Positions 22,285-33,590 of a DNA stretch of 40,473 bases are shown here, piece by piece. Each line of letters begins with the position of its first letter. Positions within the stretch are counted from its first letter, which is position 1. Below the pieces are notes generated by a model. The model saw only the letters and a program-made list of their open reading frames with translations. It was not told the DNA's origin and did not search any database. Source of the DNA: Octopus bimaculoides (taxonomy: Eukaryota). A program made the position numbers and the translations under genes. The stretch covers positions 69,522,459 to 69,562,931 of the forward strand of contig NC_068984.1 of the NCBI RefSeq assembly GCF_001194135.2, in the 5' to 3' direction.

Positions 22285-24500
22285 CCATGTTAAAATCTTC
22301 CTTATAGACAATGTTTCAGGTTTCAACAGTAGGCGCAAAAATAACAAGATTGTTCATGCTCTCCACTCTGGATGTACCAACATATAATTGACCATGTGAG
22401 AAACAGTCCTCTTCTAATTGCAAGCCAGAAACTTACAAAACCTGACCTAGGGACTTATAAATGGACATTGCAAAAGACAGACGTATTGGAAACGGAAGTT
22501 ATTTGAACTTGAAGAGCATATTGGAAGGTATTAAAGGCAAGTGAGGAATAAAAACATCTTCACCTTTTCCACAGCCAGAAATTATTGTGACCTGTATGAC
22601 ATTTCTCATTAATTTCTTGACAACAAGCCTTGTGCCACTGCACATAGCTTTGGTTGAGAAAGGTTGTGCAGAAGCATGATTGGAATGCCTATTTTCAATG
22701 GAATGCAATGAGGAGGAGCTCCTGGTGGCTGCAGTGAGTTTAAGAACTCACCCAGGTAATTGACTATTTCTGATTCATCCACAACAGAGTCTATGGATAT
22801 GTAGGTATGTTCGTTTCCTGTTAAAAGTTTCTCAAGTCATTCATTTAAATTATACACAGTAACGTTCTTTGTTTCCATGATTGCTCTTTCACAAAACCAA
22901 ACAGCATTTGTGTAATTTGAAATTACATTTGGAAAAACCTTTTCAATAAGTTCCTCAACCGAGCTGACCAAGGTGCTGATTTTTTATGGATTCAAGTCAC
23001 CTTCATGATTGATATCTATCCTTCCTTCTCCAAGTTACAAAACAGTATGGCCAAACTGTTCCCACAGATGATCTCCATGCAAATGTACCCTCCTATTTGT
23101 AGAAAGCTCTAACACTTTGATATGTTTCTATAAAATAGAAGATTCCAAGCATGCTTTCAATTCATCTGCCTTTGTTCCCCTGAGAATCACTGGCAAAGTT
23201 TGTCTGAAATCACCTAAAAGTATTACTGTCACACCTCACATCAAACAATTGGAATTGTGCAAATTCTGCAGCATTCTGTTAACAGCTACTACTGATTTTT
23301 TTATGGGACATTGTCTCTTCATCCCATATGATCAAAGAACATTTCATGAGAACTTGAGATATAGAAGAACTTTTAGTAATATTGCAGACAAGTTCATCAT
23401 TTGAAGTTAGATTAAATGGCAGCTTGAATGCTGTATGAGATGTTTGACCTCCTGGGAGTAAAGTTACAGCAATTCCAGAGCTTGCTATAGCTAAGGCTAT
23501 TTCCTTTTTCTGCCAGACTCTGGCTAGCACTAAAATTGTAACAAAAGTTTTTTCCAGTTTCTCCCGGTGCCTCTAAAAATATATATTTCTTTATTGCCCA
23601 CAGGGGGCAAAACATAAACATAGAGGAGATAAACAAGGGCAAAGGGATTAAGTCGATTACATCGACCCCAGTGCATAACTGGTACTTATTTAATCAACCC
23701 CAAATGGATGAAAAGCAAAGTCGACCTTGGCAGAATTTGAACTCAGAACATAACAGCTGATAAAAAATTGCTAAGCATTTCACCCAGCATGCTAACGATT
23801 CTGCCAGCTCGCCACCCTAAAAAATATTATCTTCCTCTCTTATGTGTCACTTGGTCAATGATTGTTATATATGCAAGTTGTTAGTCTGGCAAAACTTTCA
23901 GGACATTTTCTTCAAGGAATCTTGTTAATGAATCAATATCACATGAAATTTCTCGCAAAACTTCTGTGATCAAATTATTCACCTCGTTTCGATGAGTTTC
24001 AGGTAAGCCAAACTTGATGAGCACCTCCCCTCCCATTGAGACAACGCAATCTTCAATATCAACCAATGCAGAATTATATATGTCATCACTGAATGTTATT
24101 TCCCTCACAGGGAATATTAATTGTGCTTGATATTTGTAGTCTTCTGATAAATCATTCTGATATTTGTGCCACAATGCTAATAGATTACTTACTTACAATT
24201 CAGGAGAAGAATTGCAAAAAGATCTCTCAAAGAAATATGTATGTGACTCTGAAACCTCAGCCATTGTTCTATCCCACTGATTGACATCTAATTTATTTAA
24301 AGTTAAACTGGCTTCTCTGTAAGTAAGAACAGTTTGACAATCAATCGTTCTTAGGAAGGAGAAAGAAGTCTGTCTTCTTATTTCATGAAAAAGCTGCGTC
24401 AAAAAGAAACATTCATAGTGACTCGGATGTACAGAGTAAATTCTTTTGATTGTCGAGTCAAATGATTTTATACTTGGATAAGCCTCAACATCAGCTTCTC
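22285..24500 (-). mobile_element. Helitron remnant: end of Rep/linker region plus PIF1-family helicase, pseudogenised
   Basis: Minus-strand motifs in expected order: RIYSVHPSHYECFFL, TSFSFLRTID..TYREA, WHKYQNDLSED..FGLPE, IFLEAPGETGKNF (Walker A), ASSGIAVTLLPGGQTSHTAFKLP, IIWDE (Walker B), [60 protein letters not shown]. Stops and frameshifts present. Confidence 0.93.
23583..23816 (-). mobile_element. Full-length Deu/Nin-like SINE inserted in the Helitron helicase, with TSD
   Basis: Head gggtggcgagctggcagaatcgttagc on minus; flanked by ctaaaaatat (23573-23582) and ctaaaaaatat (23817-23827). Confidence 0.9.
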
Positions 24501-24562
24501 TTTTTCTTATAGCAATATAAAATAATAGAGGGTATTACAATTATACACAGACGCACAGATAC

Positions 24563-24597
24563 ACAAGCGCACACACACATACACACACACACACACA

Positions 24598-24630
<33 letters not shown>
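24563..24630. repeat. (CA)n microsatellite
   Basis: Directly visible. Confidence 0.95.
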
Positions 24631-24633
<3 letters not shown>

Positions 24634-24644
24634 CTATTATGTAC

Positions 24645-25055
24645 TGTTTTACTTGTTTCAGTTATTTGACTGTGGCCATGCTGGAGCACCGCCTTTAGTC
24701 GATCAAATCGACCCCAGGACTTATTCTTTGGATATCTAGTACCTATTCTATTGGTCTCTTTTGCCGAACAGCTAAGTTACGGGGACATCAACACNNNNNN
24801 NNNNNNNNNNNNNNNNNNNNNNNNNNNNNNNNNNNNNNNNNNNNNNNNNNNNNNNNNNNNNNNNNNNNNATATATATACATACATATATACGACGGGCTT
24901 CTTTCAGTTTCTGTCTACCAAATCCACTCACAAAGCTTTGGTCAGCCCGAGGCTATAGTAGAAGACACTTGCCCAAGGTGCCATGCAGTAGGAATGAACC
25001 CGGAACCATATGGTTGGTAAGCAAGCTACTTACTACACAGCCACTCCTGCATCTA
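24645..25055 (-). mobile_element. Young, near-complete composite SINE (gap falls in its internal microsatellite)
   Basis: Same two halves in the same order as 11-575, without the 130-bp insertion; CpGs retained. Confidence 0.9.
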
Positions 25056-25984
25056 TAAAATGTGTCATTATATTACACATATAGCATACCTACAGAACCA
25101 CACCCCACAGAATTTGTTTATTCCTATGTTTAGGGAAAACGGGTATTTTCAAATGAAAAGTTGTACAAATATGCTGAAGTGAGATAGGAAAATGACAGTT
25201 GACCTCATGAATTCTGGAATACCTGGACAAAGGGAAAATGTTGGAGTGGAATGTAAGTTATGGTTTCTATTCTGAAGGTATAGAGCGAATAAAACGAAAG
25301 TGAGCTACAATTTCTATTGTGATGGTAGGCAACAAAAAATTGATCTTCTACAGATATCAATATAGAACAAATGTAAAATAATACTTGTTAAGTAATACTT
25401 ATAGCAATATGAAGTAAGAGAGCTTATTACAGTTAAACACAACCCACACTTACACTTGTTGTCTGTGTCATTATATTACACATATGGCATACCTACAGAA
25501 GAGTGCTGGTTCTAAGCGTTGCAATCTATATTTGATTCTTACAATCAGTGGAACTATACCCATGAAACACAGTTGTGAAATTGAGTGCCATTTTTTAAAA
25601 TAATTTTTTGTTTACTTTTCAAAATTTTATGTTATTTTTGTCATTGCGCTCCTTTACAATTCCCATCTTGATGTTTCCATTGATTATATATTTACAGCTT
25701 TCCACTCATCTGACCAAACAATTGTCATTTTCCGATTCCTCACGTATTTATTTTATTATCGTTTCGTGAATGAGTTTGCTTATGCCTTCTATTATCTATC
25801 GTATATCTTGATTTCATTTTTCGTCTGAGAGAAATTAGGCATTGTAATGAGTACTGGGAATATCTCTGCTTCCGGGTATTACCAGGTACCTCAGCTGCTG
25901 TTATAATAAAATCCAATTTTACATTGAACTGAATGATCACTCAATACTTTTAGTAGAGTATGAATTTATTATTCTTTATAACTG

Positions 25985-26270
25985 ACACTATGTTGATTAC
26001 AACTTCAAGGGTTGCAGTTGAGTTGATCAACAGAATAATCTGCTCCTGAAATTAACGGGCAAGTGGTTGAGCACTCCACAGACACAATATTTCACAGATG
26101 ATGTGACATGGCTGACCCTTTGAAATACAAGTACTACTCATATTTGCCAGGTGAATGGACTGGAGCAATGTGAAATAAAGTCTTGCTCAGAGACACAACA
26201 TGCCACCAGGAATCGAACTCATGACCTTACAATCATCAGCCAAATACACTAACCACTAAGTCATGCACCT
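25985..26270 (-). mobile_element. tRNA-derived SINE related to 8925-9190
   Basis: Minus: gacttagtggttagtg (A box), gagttcgattcctgg (B box), tgtgtctctgagcaagac. Confidence 0.7.
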
Positions 26271-26429
26271 TTACTAGCATTCTTAAATAAGTGTTATCGT
26301 GTTATTGCAGATATTTTACCAGTATGTATCGGGAAGGTAGATATTTTACCTGTATTTATTGGGAATGGTATTGTTAGTATGAAAATTTGTTTCTCTTATA
26401 CGTTAATGTTCACAAAAGGATAATGCGGA

Positions 26430-26682
26430 GGAAGCTGACAGGCTTTAGTTGTGTTTCTACTTTAATGGAGTAGCCCAAGTTTTAAAAGAAAGTGATGTAG
26501 TTCTTATCTACATGTATGGAAGCAGCCATTGATGCTAACGGTGGATTCTTTGAATAGGTGTGATAAAAGAATTCTCAAGACTATTTGTACCCATTTGTTT
26601 ACAAGAGAGCTTTTCTTAGGTGAGCTACGCGTCCATTTCTAAATTCATACAAATGACCTCAAAAAGCTTAGACATCTTGTAT
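26430..26682 (+). mobile_element. Possible 3' end of a Tc1/mariner-superfamily (DD37D-like) transposon
   Basis: MEAAIDANGGFFE* (26516-26557) resembles Tc1-family C-termini (xxxAVIxAxGxxxxx*), ending ~125 bp later at a TA run. Recall-based. Confidence 0.4.
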
Positions 26683-26699
26683 ATATATTTACAGATATC

Positions 26700-26950
26700 A
26701 ACACCATCATTGTCATTTAACACCTACTTTTCCATGCTGGCATAAGTTGGACAGAATTTGTTGAGGTGCAATTCCTACAGCCAGATAACCTTCCTGTTGC
26801 TAACTCACACCTGCTTTCAAGTAAGGTAATATTACCCATGACCAGAAATGTTTTCCACAGAAGACTGGAAGTAATGGACACTGCTTGCAACACAATGACA
26901 TTTGTTCACAACCATCACAGGAAATCGAAGCAAAGAGACAGTAACACTCA
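26700..26950 (-). mobile_element. Short retroelement with RTE-like 3' tail
   Basis: ttttccatgctggcat..gttggacag matches the tails at 32685-32710 and 13030-13050. Confidence 0.6.
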
Positions 26951-26997
26951 CACACACGAATACACACACATAAATATACACATATATATACATATAC

Positions 26998-27046
<49 letters not shown>

Positions 27047-27353
27047 NNNNNNNNNNNNNNNNNNNNNNNNNNNNNNNNNNNNNNNNNNNNNNNNNNNNNN
27101 NNNNNNNNNNNNNNNNNNNNNNNNNNNNNNNNNNNNNNNNNNNNNNNNNNNNNNNNNNNNNNNNNNNNNNNNNNNNNNNNNNNNNNNNNNNNNNNNNNNN
27201 NNNNNNNNNNNNNNNNNNNNNNNNNNNNNNNNNNNNNNNNNNNNNNNNNNNNNNNNNNNNNNNNNNNNNNNNNNNNNNNNNNNNNNNNNNNNNNNNNNNN
27301 NNNNNNNNNNNNNNNNNNNNNNNNNNNNNNNNNNNNNNNNNNNNNNNNNNNNN

Positions 27354-27388
<35 letters not shown>

Positions 27389-28541
27389 CCAAAGTGTGGA
27401 ATAAAAACATAAATGGATGACAATAAAAGCACAAATGGACAGATAGGTGATACAAAGCCCGACCGGAAAAACCAAGACAGAACATTCACGGCTTTTTCAT
27501 CAGTCAAGCTTCCAATCATCATTACAGTTTCAGTCTTTTCAGTCTGTTACACTTGAGTCTTCAAAATTGGTAGGACCCAAAAATCTAATCTAAGGGCATT
27601 AAAGTTTTGGAAGAAAGCAAGCAAATATATGCAACAATACAGACAAACAAAATAAGAAAACAGTAAATGTTACAGGATTACAAATACAAAGAACAAAAAC
27701 AACAATAGGCATCTTTCGACTAATAAGAACAAGTTAATTGGAGCTGGCATGCAAAGTGGAAGCCTTACAGCCCAAGCATAGATGAAAGTTAGGAGACAGG
27801 AAAATAATGTGTTGTGCAGGCAGCAGTCAAGCCAAGAAAATATGATCATGCTTGGCCGAACACTAATCCTGTGGGAGGAACAAAGAGAGGTAGGAGGCAG
27901 AGGGATTGAAGAATTAGGAAAGGAACTAGAGAGAGAAGGAGGAAGGGACAGAGAGAAAGGTACAAGGGAAATAACAGAAGAAAGTATAGAGATTAAAGAA
28001 AGAGAATGCCATATATATATTTATTTATATATATATATATAAATGTGTGTGTANNNNNNNNNNNNNNNNNNNNNNNNNNNNNNNNNNNNNNNNNNNNNNN
28101 NNNNNNNNNNNNNNNNNNNNNNNNNNNNNNNNNNNNNNNNNNNNNNNNNNNNNNNNNNNNNNNNNNNNNNNNNNNNNNNNNNNNNNNNNNNNNNNNNNNN
28201 NNNNNNNNNNNNNNNNNNNNNNNNNNNNNNNNNNNNNNNNNNNNNNNNNNNNNNNNNNNNNNNNNNNNNNNNNNNNNNNNNNNNNNNNNNNNNNNNNNNN
28301 NNNNNNNNNNNNNNNNNNNNNNNNNNNNNNNNNNNNNNNNNNNNNNNNNNNNNNNNNNNNNNNNNNNNNNNNNNNNNNNNNNNNNNNNNNNNNNNNNNNN
28401 NNNNNNNNNNNNNNNNNNNNNNNNNNNNNNNNNNNNNNNNNNNNNNNNNNNNNNNNNNNNNNNNNNNNNNNNNNNNNNNNNNNNNNNNNNNNNNNNNNNN
28501 NNNNNNNNNNNNNNNNNNNNNNNNNNNNNNNNNNNNNNNNN

Positions 28542-28588
<47 letters not shown>

Positions 28589-28692
28589 TACACATGCATA
28601 CATATATACATACACATACATATATAAATATGTAATCATTCACAAGAAGTAAGGTACCATCCCTTAATGAGGCTAATTTAACCTCTAATTGA

Positions 28693-28727
<35 letters not shown>

Positions 28728-28730
<3 letters not shown>

Positions 28731-28835
28731 CGAGTTTCTTTCAGTTTCCATCTACCAAACCTACTCACAAGGCTATAACGCTATAGTAGAAGACACTTGC
28801 CCAAGGTGCCACTGTATATGACCTTGTCTGCACCT
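28728..28835 (-). mobile_element. Internally deleted composite-SINE head
   Basis: cttcttttcagtttccatctacca...tagtagaagacacttgcccaaggtgcca matches 24898-24985. Confidence 0.8.
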
Positions 28836-28959
28836 ATATCTGTATAAGTAATGCAAAAGTGAGCATAACATTTTTGTTAATTGCTGTAGATCATTAAAAT
28901 CACTCATATTGATTGAATTACTCTTCTATACTAACACTTCTTCTTTTCTTCTTCATTTC

Positions 28960-29400
28960 AAGAAATGACTCCCAAGTAAAAGCAATGCACCATCAATTGA
29001 GCCTTGATGAAGGATGCCTGCAGGATGTTCAACATGAACAAAAAGCTTACTTTGTCTATGAAGATGATGCTATTGACAAGAGAATTTTGTGCGCAGAAAA
29101 AGGAAGAAAGGGAAATAAGCTTTGAAGAAAATGATACAGCAGTTCACCATCGGTTGCAACCACAGATATAAATAGCCAGTGAGTTAGAAAATTGATTCGT
29201 ATGGACAGAAGAGTCAGAATCCATTAAAATATTGGACAACTGGACTGTGACTACAATGTGTCACAGAAGAGAGTGAAAGAATTTGGGTATTTTAGGAAGT
29301 TTGAGTAAAATACGTACCAATTCAATAGTGAGAATGGTGGAAGACTGCTCCAATCTGCTGGAAGCATTTCAAGCTAATACACTCAAGCAGAAACACATGC
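28960..29400 (+). pseudogene. Degraded mariner-type transposase N-terminal (HTH) region
   Basis: Across frameshifts: VYEDDAIDKR, ISFEE, LIRMDRRVRIH..KEFGYFRK, RMVEDCSNLLEAF; resembles mariner VYGDxA..ESLED..LIxxDRR..LGxRK..RVxxCxxLL. No DD34D region found. Confidence 0.55.
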
Positions 29401-29679
29401 ATAATGAGCTTGCACACAGTTTCTGCCTGATAAATTTAGCCAGCAAGACATTGGTTGGCTATAGAGGAAAACCTTTGCTTGAAGTACCATGCTGTGGGAC
29501 TGACCCAAAACCATATTGTTGCCAAACAAACTTCTTAACCACAGAGCCATGTCTGCACCTATAATACAACCAAAAGAACAAGTACTGTGATTCATATTTC
29601 TCTCAATTTTTGCTGTGTATGTGTCTGACTAAGCAAAAAGCAAGGTTACCTTAGTTTTCAGTCATAAACAACACTTTAC

Positions 29680-29880
29680 TACATACATACATACATACAT
29701 ACATACGTACACACACATATATACATACATACATACGTACATACACACACATATATACATACGTACATACACACACATATATACATACATACATATATAC
29801 ATACATACGTACGTACATCCATACATACATACGTACATACATACATACATACGTACATACATACATGTATATGTATGTCA
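29680..29880. repeat. Degenerate (CATA)n tetranucleotide repeat
   Basis: Directly visible, with cgta and caca variants. Confidence 0.9.
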
Positions 29881-30409
29881 ACAATACTTAGATGTTCAGA
29901 CTAGATAACAAATCTGTTGGGAATGTTAATTGCAGTTTATCAATGGTTCTGTTTAGTGTAAGATATAACTCTCATTTCTCTTAATGTTATTTCTAGAACA
30001 ATTATCATAATTCAAATGACAATGATTAGTAAACAACATTTTAAAAAATGTTGCTTCATTTTGTAATTTTTTGAAAAAAAAATTCTGTTTTGTTAGCAAT
30101 TTATAGATAATATATGTTGTACAAGCTATGACATATGAAAAACAAAATCATTTCCATGAAAAATGAAATGGAATAAAACTACATTCACTTATAGGTGCAG
30201 CTATGATTGGTTGGGTAAAAAGTTTGCTTTGCAATAACACAATTCCAGGTTCATTCCCACTCCACTGCATCTTCAAGAATTGCATGTGAATGGAACTTGC
30301 AGACAGAAACAATGATAAAGAGAGACAAAGAGGTAAATTGATTGATATATATGAGGATGATAATGATGATGATGATATATATATATGTATATATAGATAT
30401 AGATATATA

Positions 30410-31164
30410 GTGGCTAGCGATCTATCATGGCAAATGCTGGACAGAGGGGTCACACAGTAGAGCTAGGAAGAAGGGGTGATAATAAAGTAGTGGTGATCCC
30501 AAAATGAAGGTGCACATATGTGTGTATGTGAGAGCGTGTATGTGCATGTGGAAGAGGGCTGGTGACATTGACGTGTGTGTATGTGTAGGTGTGTGGATGA
30601 CGGTGTAGGTGCTGGGAAGTGGTCAGTGCTAGTGTGTACAGGGTGGTGTGATGTGGTGTGGTATGGTGGTGTGGTGGTGTTCGGGTGTTGGGGTGTAGGT
30701 GAGGTGAGAGTTGGGGAAGTGAGGGTGGGCTCTAAGGGATGGATTAGGGGTGGAATGGGATGTATAGGAATGGTGGGATTGGAATGTGTAGGGGTGGGGT
30801 AACAAGGATGATGAAGGGAGAGTGTGGAAGGGAGAAGGTGGATAGGAGTGAAGAGAGGAAGTAGGTGCTTGAGCAAGAGAGGAGAGGTGGGTTGGAGGAA
30901 GTAGGTGTGAGAGGAAGAGAGGAGAGAGGAGGAGGATTAGATGAAGAGGGAAGGAGAGTTGAGCCCATGTGGTGCAAAAGAGTGAATGGAGAAGATATAT
31001 CCCTGCTCACAGCGAAGACAGGAGTCCGGATGGCCCCTGTGCAAGGACAAACTGAACACAGACAGTTGTTGTAAAGAGTGACCAGTAGAGCGGAAATGGC
31101 ACGAGACCGGGACGTCGTTGCCGATTTGGATGTCTTGGAGATGTTCCGCGAACTGGTCAGCCAA
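30410..31164 (-). mobile_element. 5'-truncated Penelope-like element: GIY-YIG endonuclease C-terminus (30937-31164) plus pyrimidine-rich 3' region
   Basis: LADQFAEHLQDIQIGNDVPVSCHFRSTGHSL...GYIFSIHSFAPHGLN matches the PLE endonuclease pattern RxxEH..V.xHF..GHS..F..GLN; HGLN at 30958-30969. Confidence 0.8.
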
Positions 31165-31185
31165 TATATATGCATATATTATTAT

Positions 31186-31258
31186 TATTATTATTGTTCT
31201 TCTTATCATCATCATCATCATTATAACTATTATCATCATTCTTTTTCTTCTTCTTCGT

Positions 31259-31341
<83 letters not shown>
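31186..31341. repeat. Compound (TAT)(CAT)(TTC)(TAT) microsatellite
   Basis: Directly visible. Confidence 0.95.
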
Positions 31342-31342
<1 letters not shown>

Positions 31343-31424
31343 GTTCAGTAGTTTTATTTTTATAACGTGCTTTCACTTCACTACCGAGCGCAGCTCTGTG
31401 CGCCTTGGGTATGTGCTGTGGTTT
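31288..31424 (-). mobile_element. 3' UTR and (AAT)n tail of a young R4/Dong-like element; remainder probably lost in the gap
   Basis: ctttcacttcacta...gccttgggtatg is homologous to 37735-37775, the 3' UTR of the RLE-type fragment. Confidence 0.6.
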
Positions 31425-32514
31425 NNNNNNNNNNNNNNNNNNNNNNNNNNNNNNNNNNNNNNNNNNNNNNNNNNNNNNNNNNNNNNNNNNNNNNNNNNNN
31501 NNNNNNNNNNNNNNNNNNNNNNNNNNNNNNNNNNNNNNNNNNNNNNNNNNNNNNNNNNNNNNNNNNNNNNNNNNNNNNNNNNNNNNNNNNNNNNNNNNNN
31601 NNNNNNNNNNNNNNNNNNNNNNNNNNNNNNNNNNNNNNNNNNNNNNNNNNNNNNNNNNNNNNNNNNNNNNNNNNNNNNNNNNNNNNNNNNNNNNNNNNNN
31701 NNNNNNNNNNNNNNNNNNNNNNNNNNNNNNNNNNNNNNNNNNNNNNNNNNNNNNNNNNNNNNNNNNNNNNNNNNNNNNNNNNNNNNNNNNNNNNNNNNNN
31801 NNNNNNNNNNNNNNNNNNNNNNNNNNNNNNNNNNNNNNNNNNNNNNNNNNNNNNNNNNNNNNNNNNNNNNNNNNNNNNNNNNNNNNNNNNNNNNNNNNNN
31901 NNNNNNNNNNNNNNNNNNNNNNNNNNNNNNNNNNNNNNNNNNNNNNNNNNNNNNNNNNNNNNNNNNNNNNNNNNNNNNNNNNNNNNNNNNNNNNNNNNNN
32001 NNNNNNNNNNNNNNNNNNNNNNNNNNNNNNNNNNNNNNNNNNNNNNNNNNNNNNNNNNNNNNNNNNNNNNNNNNNNNNNNNNNNNNNNNNNNNNNNNNNN
32101 NNNNNNNNNNNNNNNNNNNNNNNNNNNNNNNNNNNNNNNNNNNNNNNNNNNNNNNNNNNNNNNNNNNNNNNNNNNNNNNNNNNNNNNNNNNNNNNNNNNN
32201 NNNNNNNNNNNNNNNNNNNNNNNNNNTATATATATAGATATGTATATATGTGTGTGTGTGTGCATGTGTGTAATATGTATATATTCGTAAAAGCAGCTCC
32301 ACTTCTTTAAAGTTGAGTAATTGGTAGCAAAGAAAGTAGCAAACTCTTAAAAAGAAAATAATTGCTCCAACGTCAATAACCATGAAACAAAAACTTTCAG
32401 AGCATAGTAACATGGGAAGAAATAGTTGTATAACTATTAAAACAAGAGTCATACCAGGTGTTAGTGACTTCCCTTTCTGCTTATTGGTCAAAATTAGTAC
32501 CGGTGATATACTGT

Positions 32515-32607
32515 ATCATCATCATCATCATCATAGTCATCATCATCATCGTCATCAGCATTGTTGTCATCATCATCATTAACATCATCACCATCATCAT
32601 TATCATT

Positions 32608-32675
<68 letters not shown>

Positions 32676-32885
32676 TTAATTCTGTTTTCCATGCTGGCAT
32701 GGGTTGAACAGCTCAACAGGGGCTGGTACGGTCAGGGTCAGTACCAGGTTCCATAGTCAGGTTTTGGCTTGGTTTCTACATCTGGTTGCCCTTTCATCCT
32801 AACACCAACCACTTTACAAGAGTGACTGGGTATTTTTTTACACAGCACCATCACCATTGCTTTATACATGGCACCAGTACCAGTG
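32515..32885 (-). mobile_element. RTE-like 3' tail element with long (GAT)n tail
   Basis: Minus: gtaaagtggttggtgttagg..aagggcaaccag..gtagaaac...caacccatgccagcatggaaaac then (gat)n; matches 3110-3281. Confidence 0.7.
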
Positions 32886-33289
32886 CTTTTTACATAGAAG
32901 TAGTACCAACACACTATACCCAAACACATAAAATAAATACTCCTGCATTTGTAGAAACTGACTGGATTCTAGTTTTACTCATTATTATAAACCTCAATGA
33001 ATGCAGCTAAACGTTCCTTGCCCAATGTTTAATGCCTGTTCTAAGAATGAAGGAATAATATTAGCCAGACAGTGAGATCTGAGAGAAATTATAATGTCAT
33101 CTTTCCTAAAGTCCTAAAGAATTAATTTGAGTGCTTTTGTTTCCATTTTATTTGTGTGAAATATAATATTTATAAAGCAAATAAGAAAAACAAGGAATGA
33201 CATTAAATGCATGAGAAACATAACAAGACATAATTTCAGTTTTGCTGTAGACTTTTATATTTCATATGTATTGTTGTTGGATTTTAATA

Positions 33290-33434
33290 ACCCCCCACAC
33301 ACACACAAACACACACAAACATACACTACACCTCCTATACATATATGTGCGTATTTCCATATGTGTTCATATATATATGTGTGTATATATATTATATACA
33401 CATATGTATATAAACATACATACATATATATACG

Positions 33435-33478
<44 letters not shown>

Positions 33479-33590
33479 TACACACACATACGCACATACA
33501 TACAGGCTACATCATCATCATCATCATCATCAACATCATCATCCTAAGGTGTATGTATGTATGTATACATACATACATACATACACAGGC
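33290..33590. repeat. Compound CA/TA/CAT/TATG low-complexity tract
   Basis: Directly visible. Confidence 0.9.

Noticed and set aside
26120-26270. tRNA gene calls at SINE heads (also 9100-9190, 24980-25055, 30190-30270)
   Set aside because: A and B boxes are present but there is no full cloverleaf, and each continues into a SINE body.
30463-31175. Pro/Thr/His-rich and Gly/Val-rich ORFs
   Set aside because: Low-complexity readings of the PLE 3' region; only the GIY-YIG frame has recognisable motifs.
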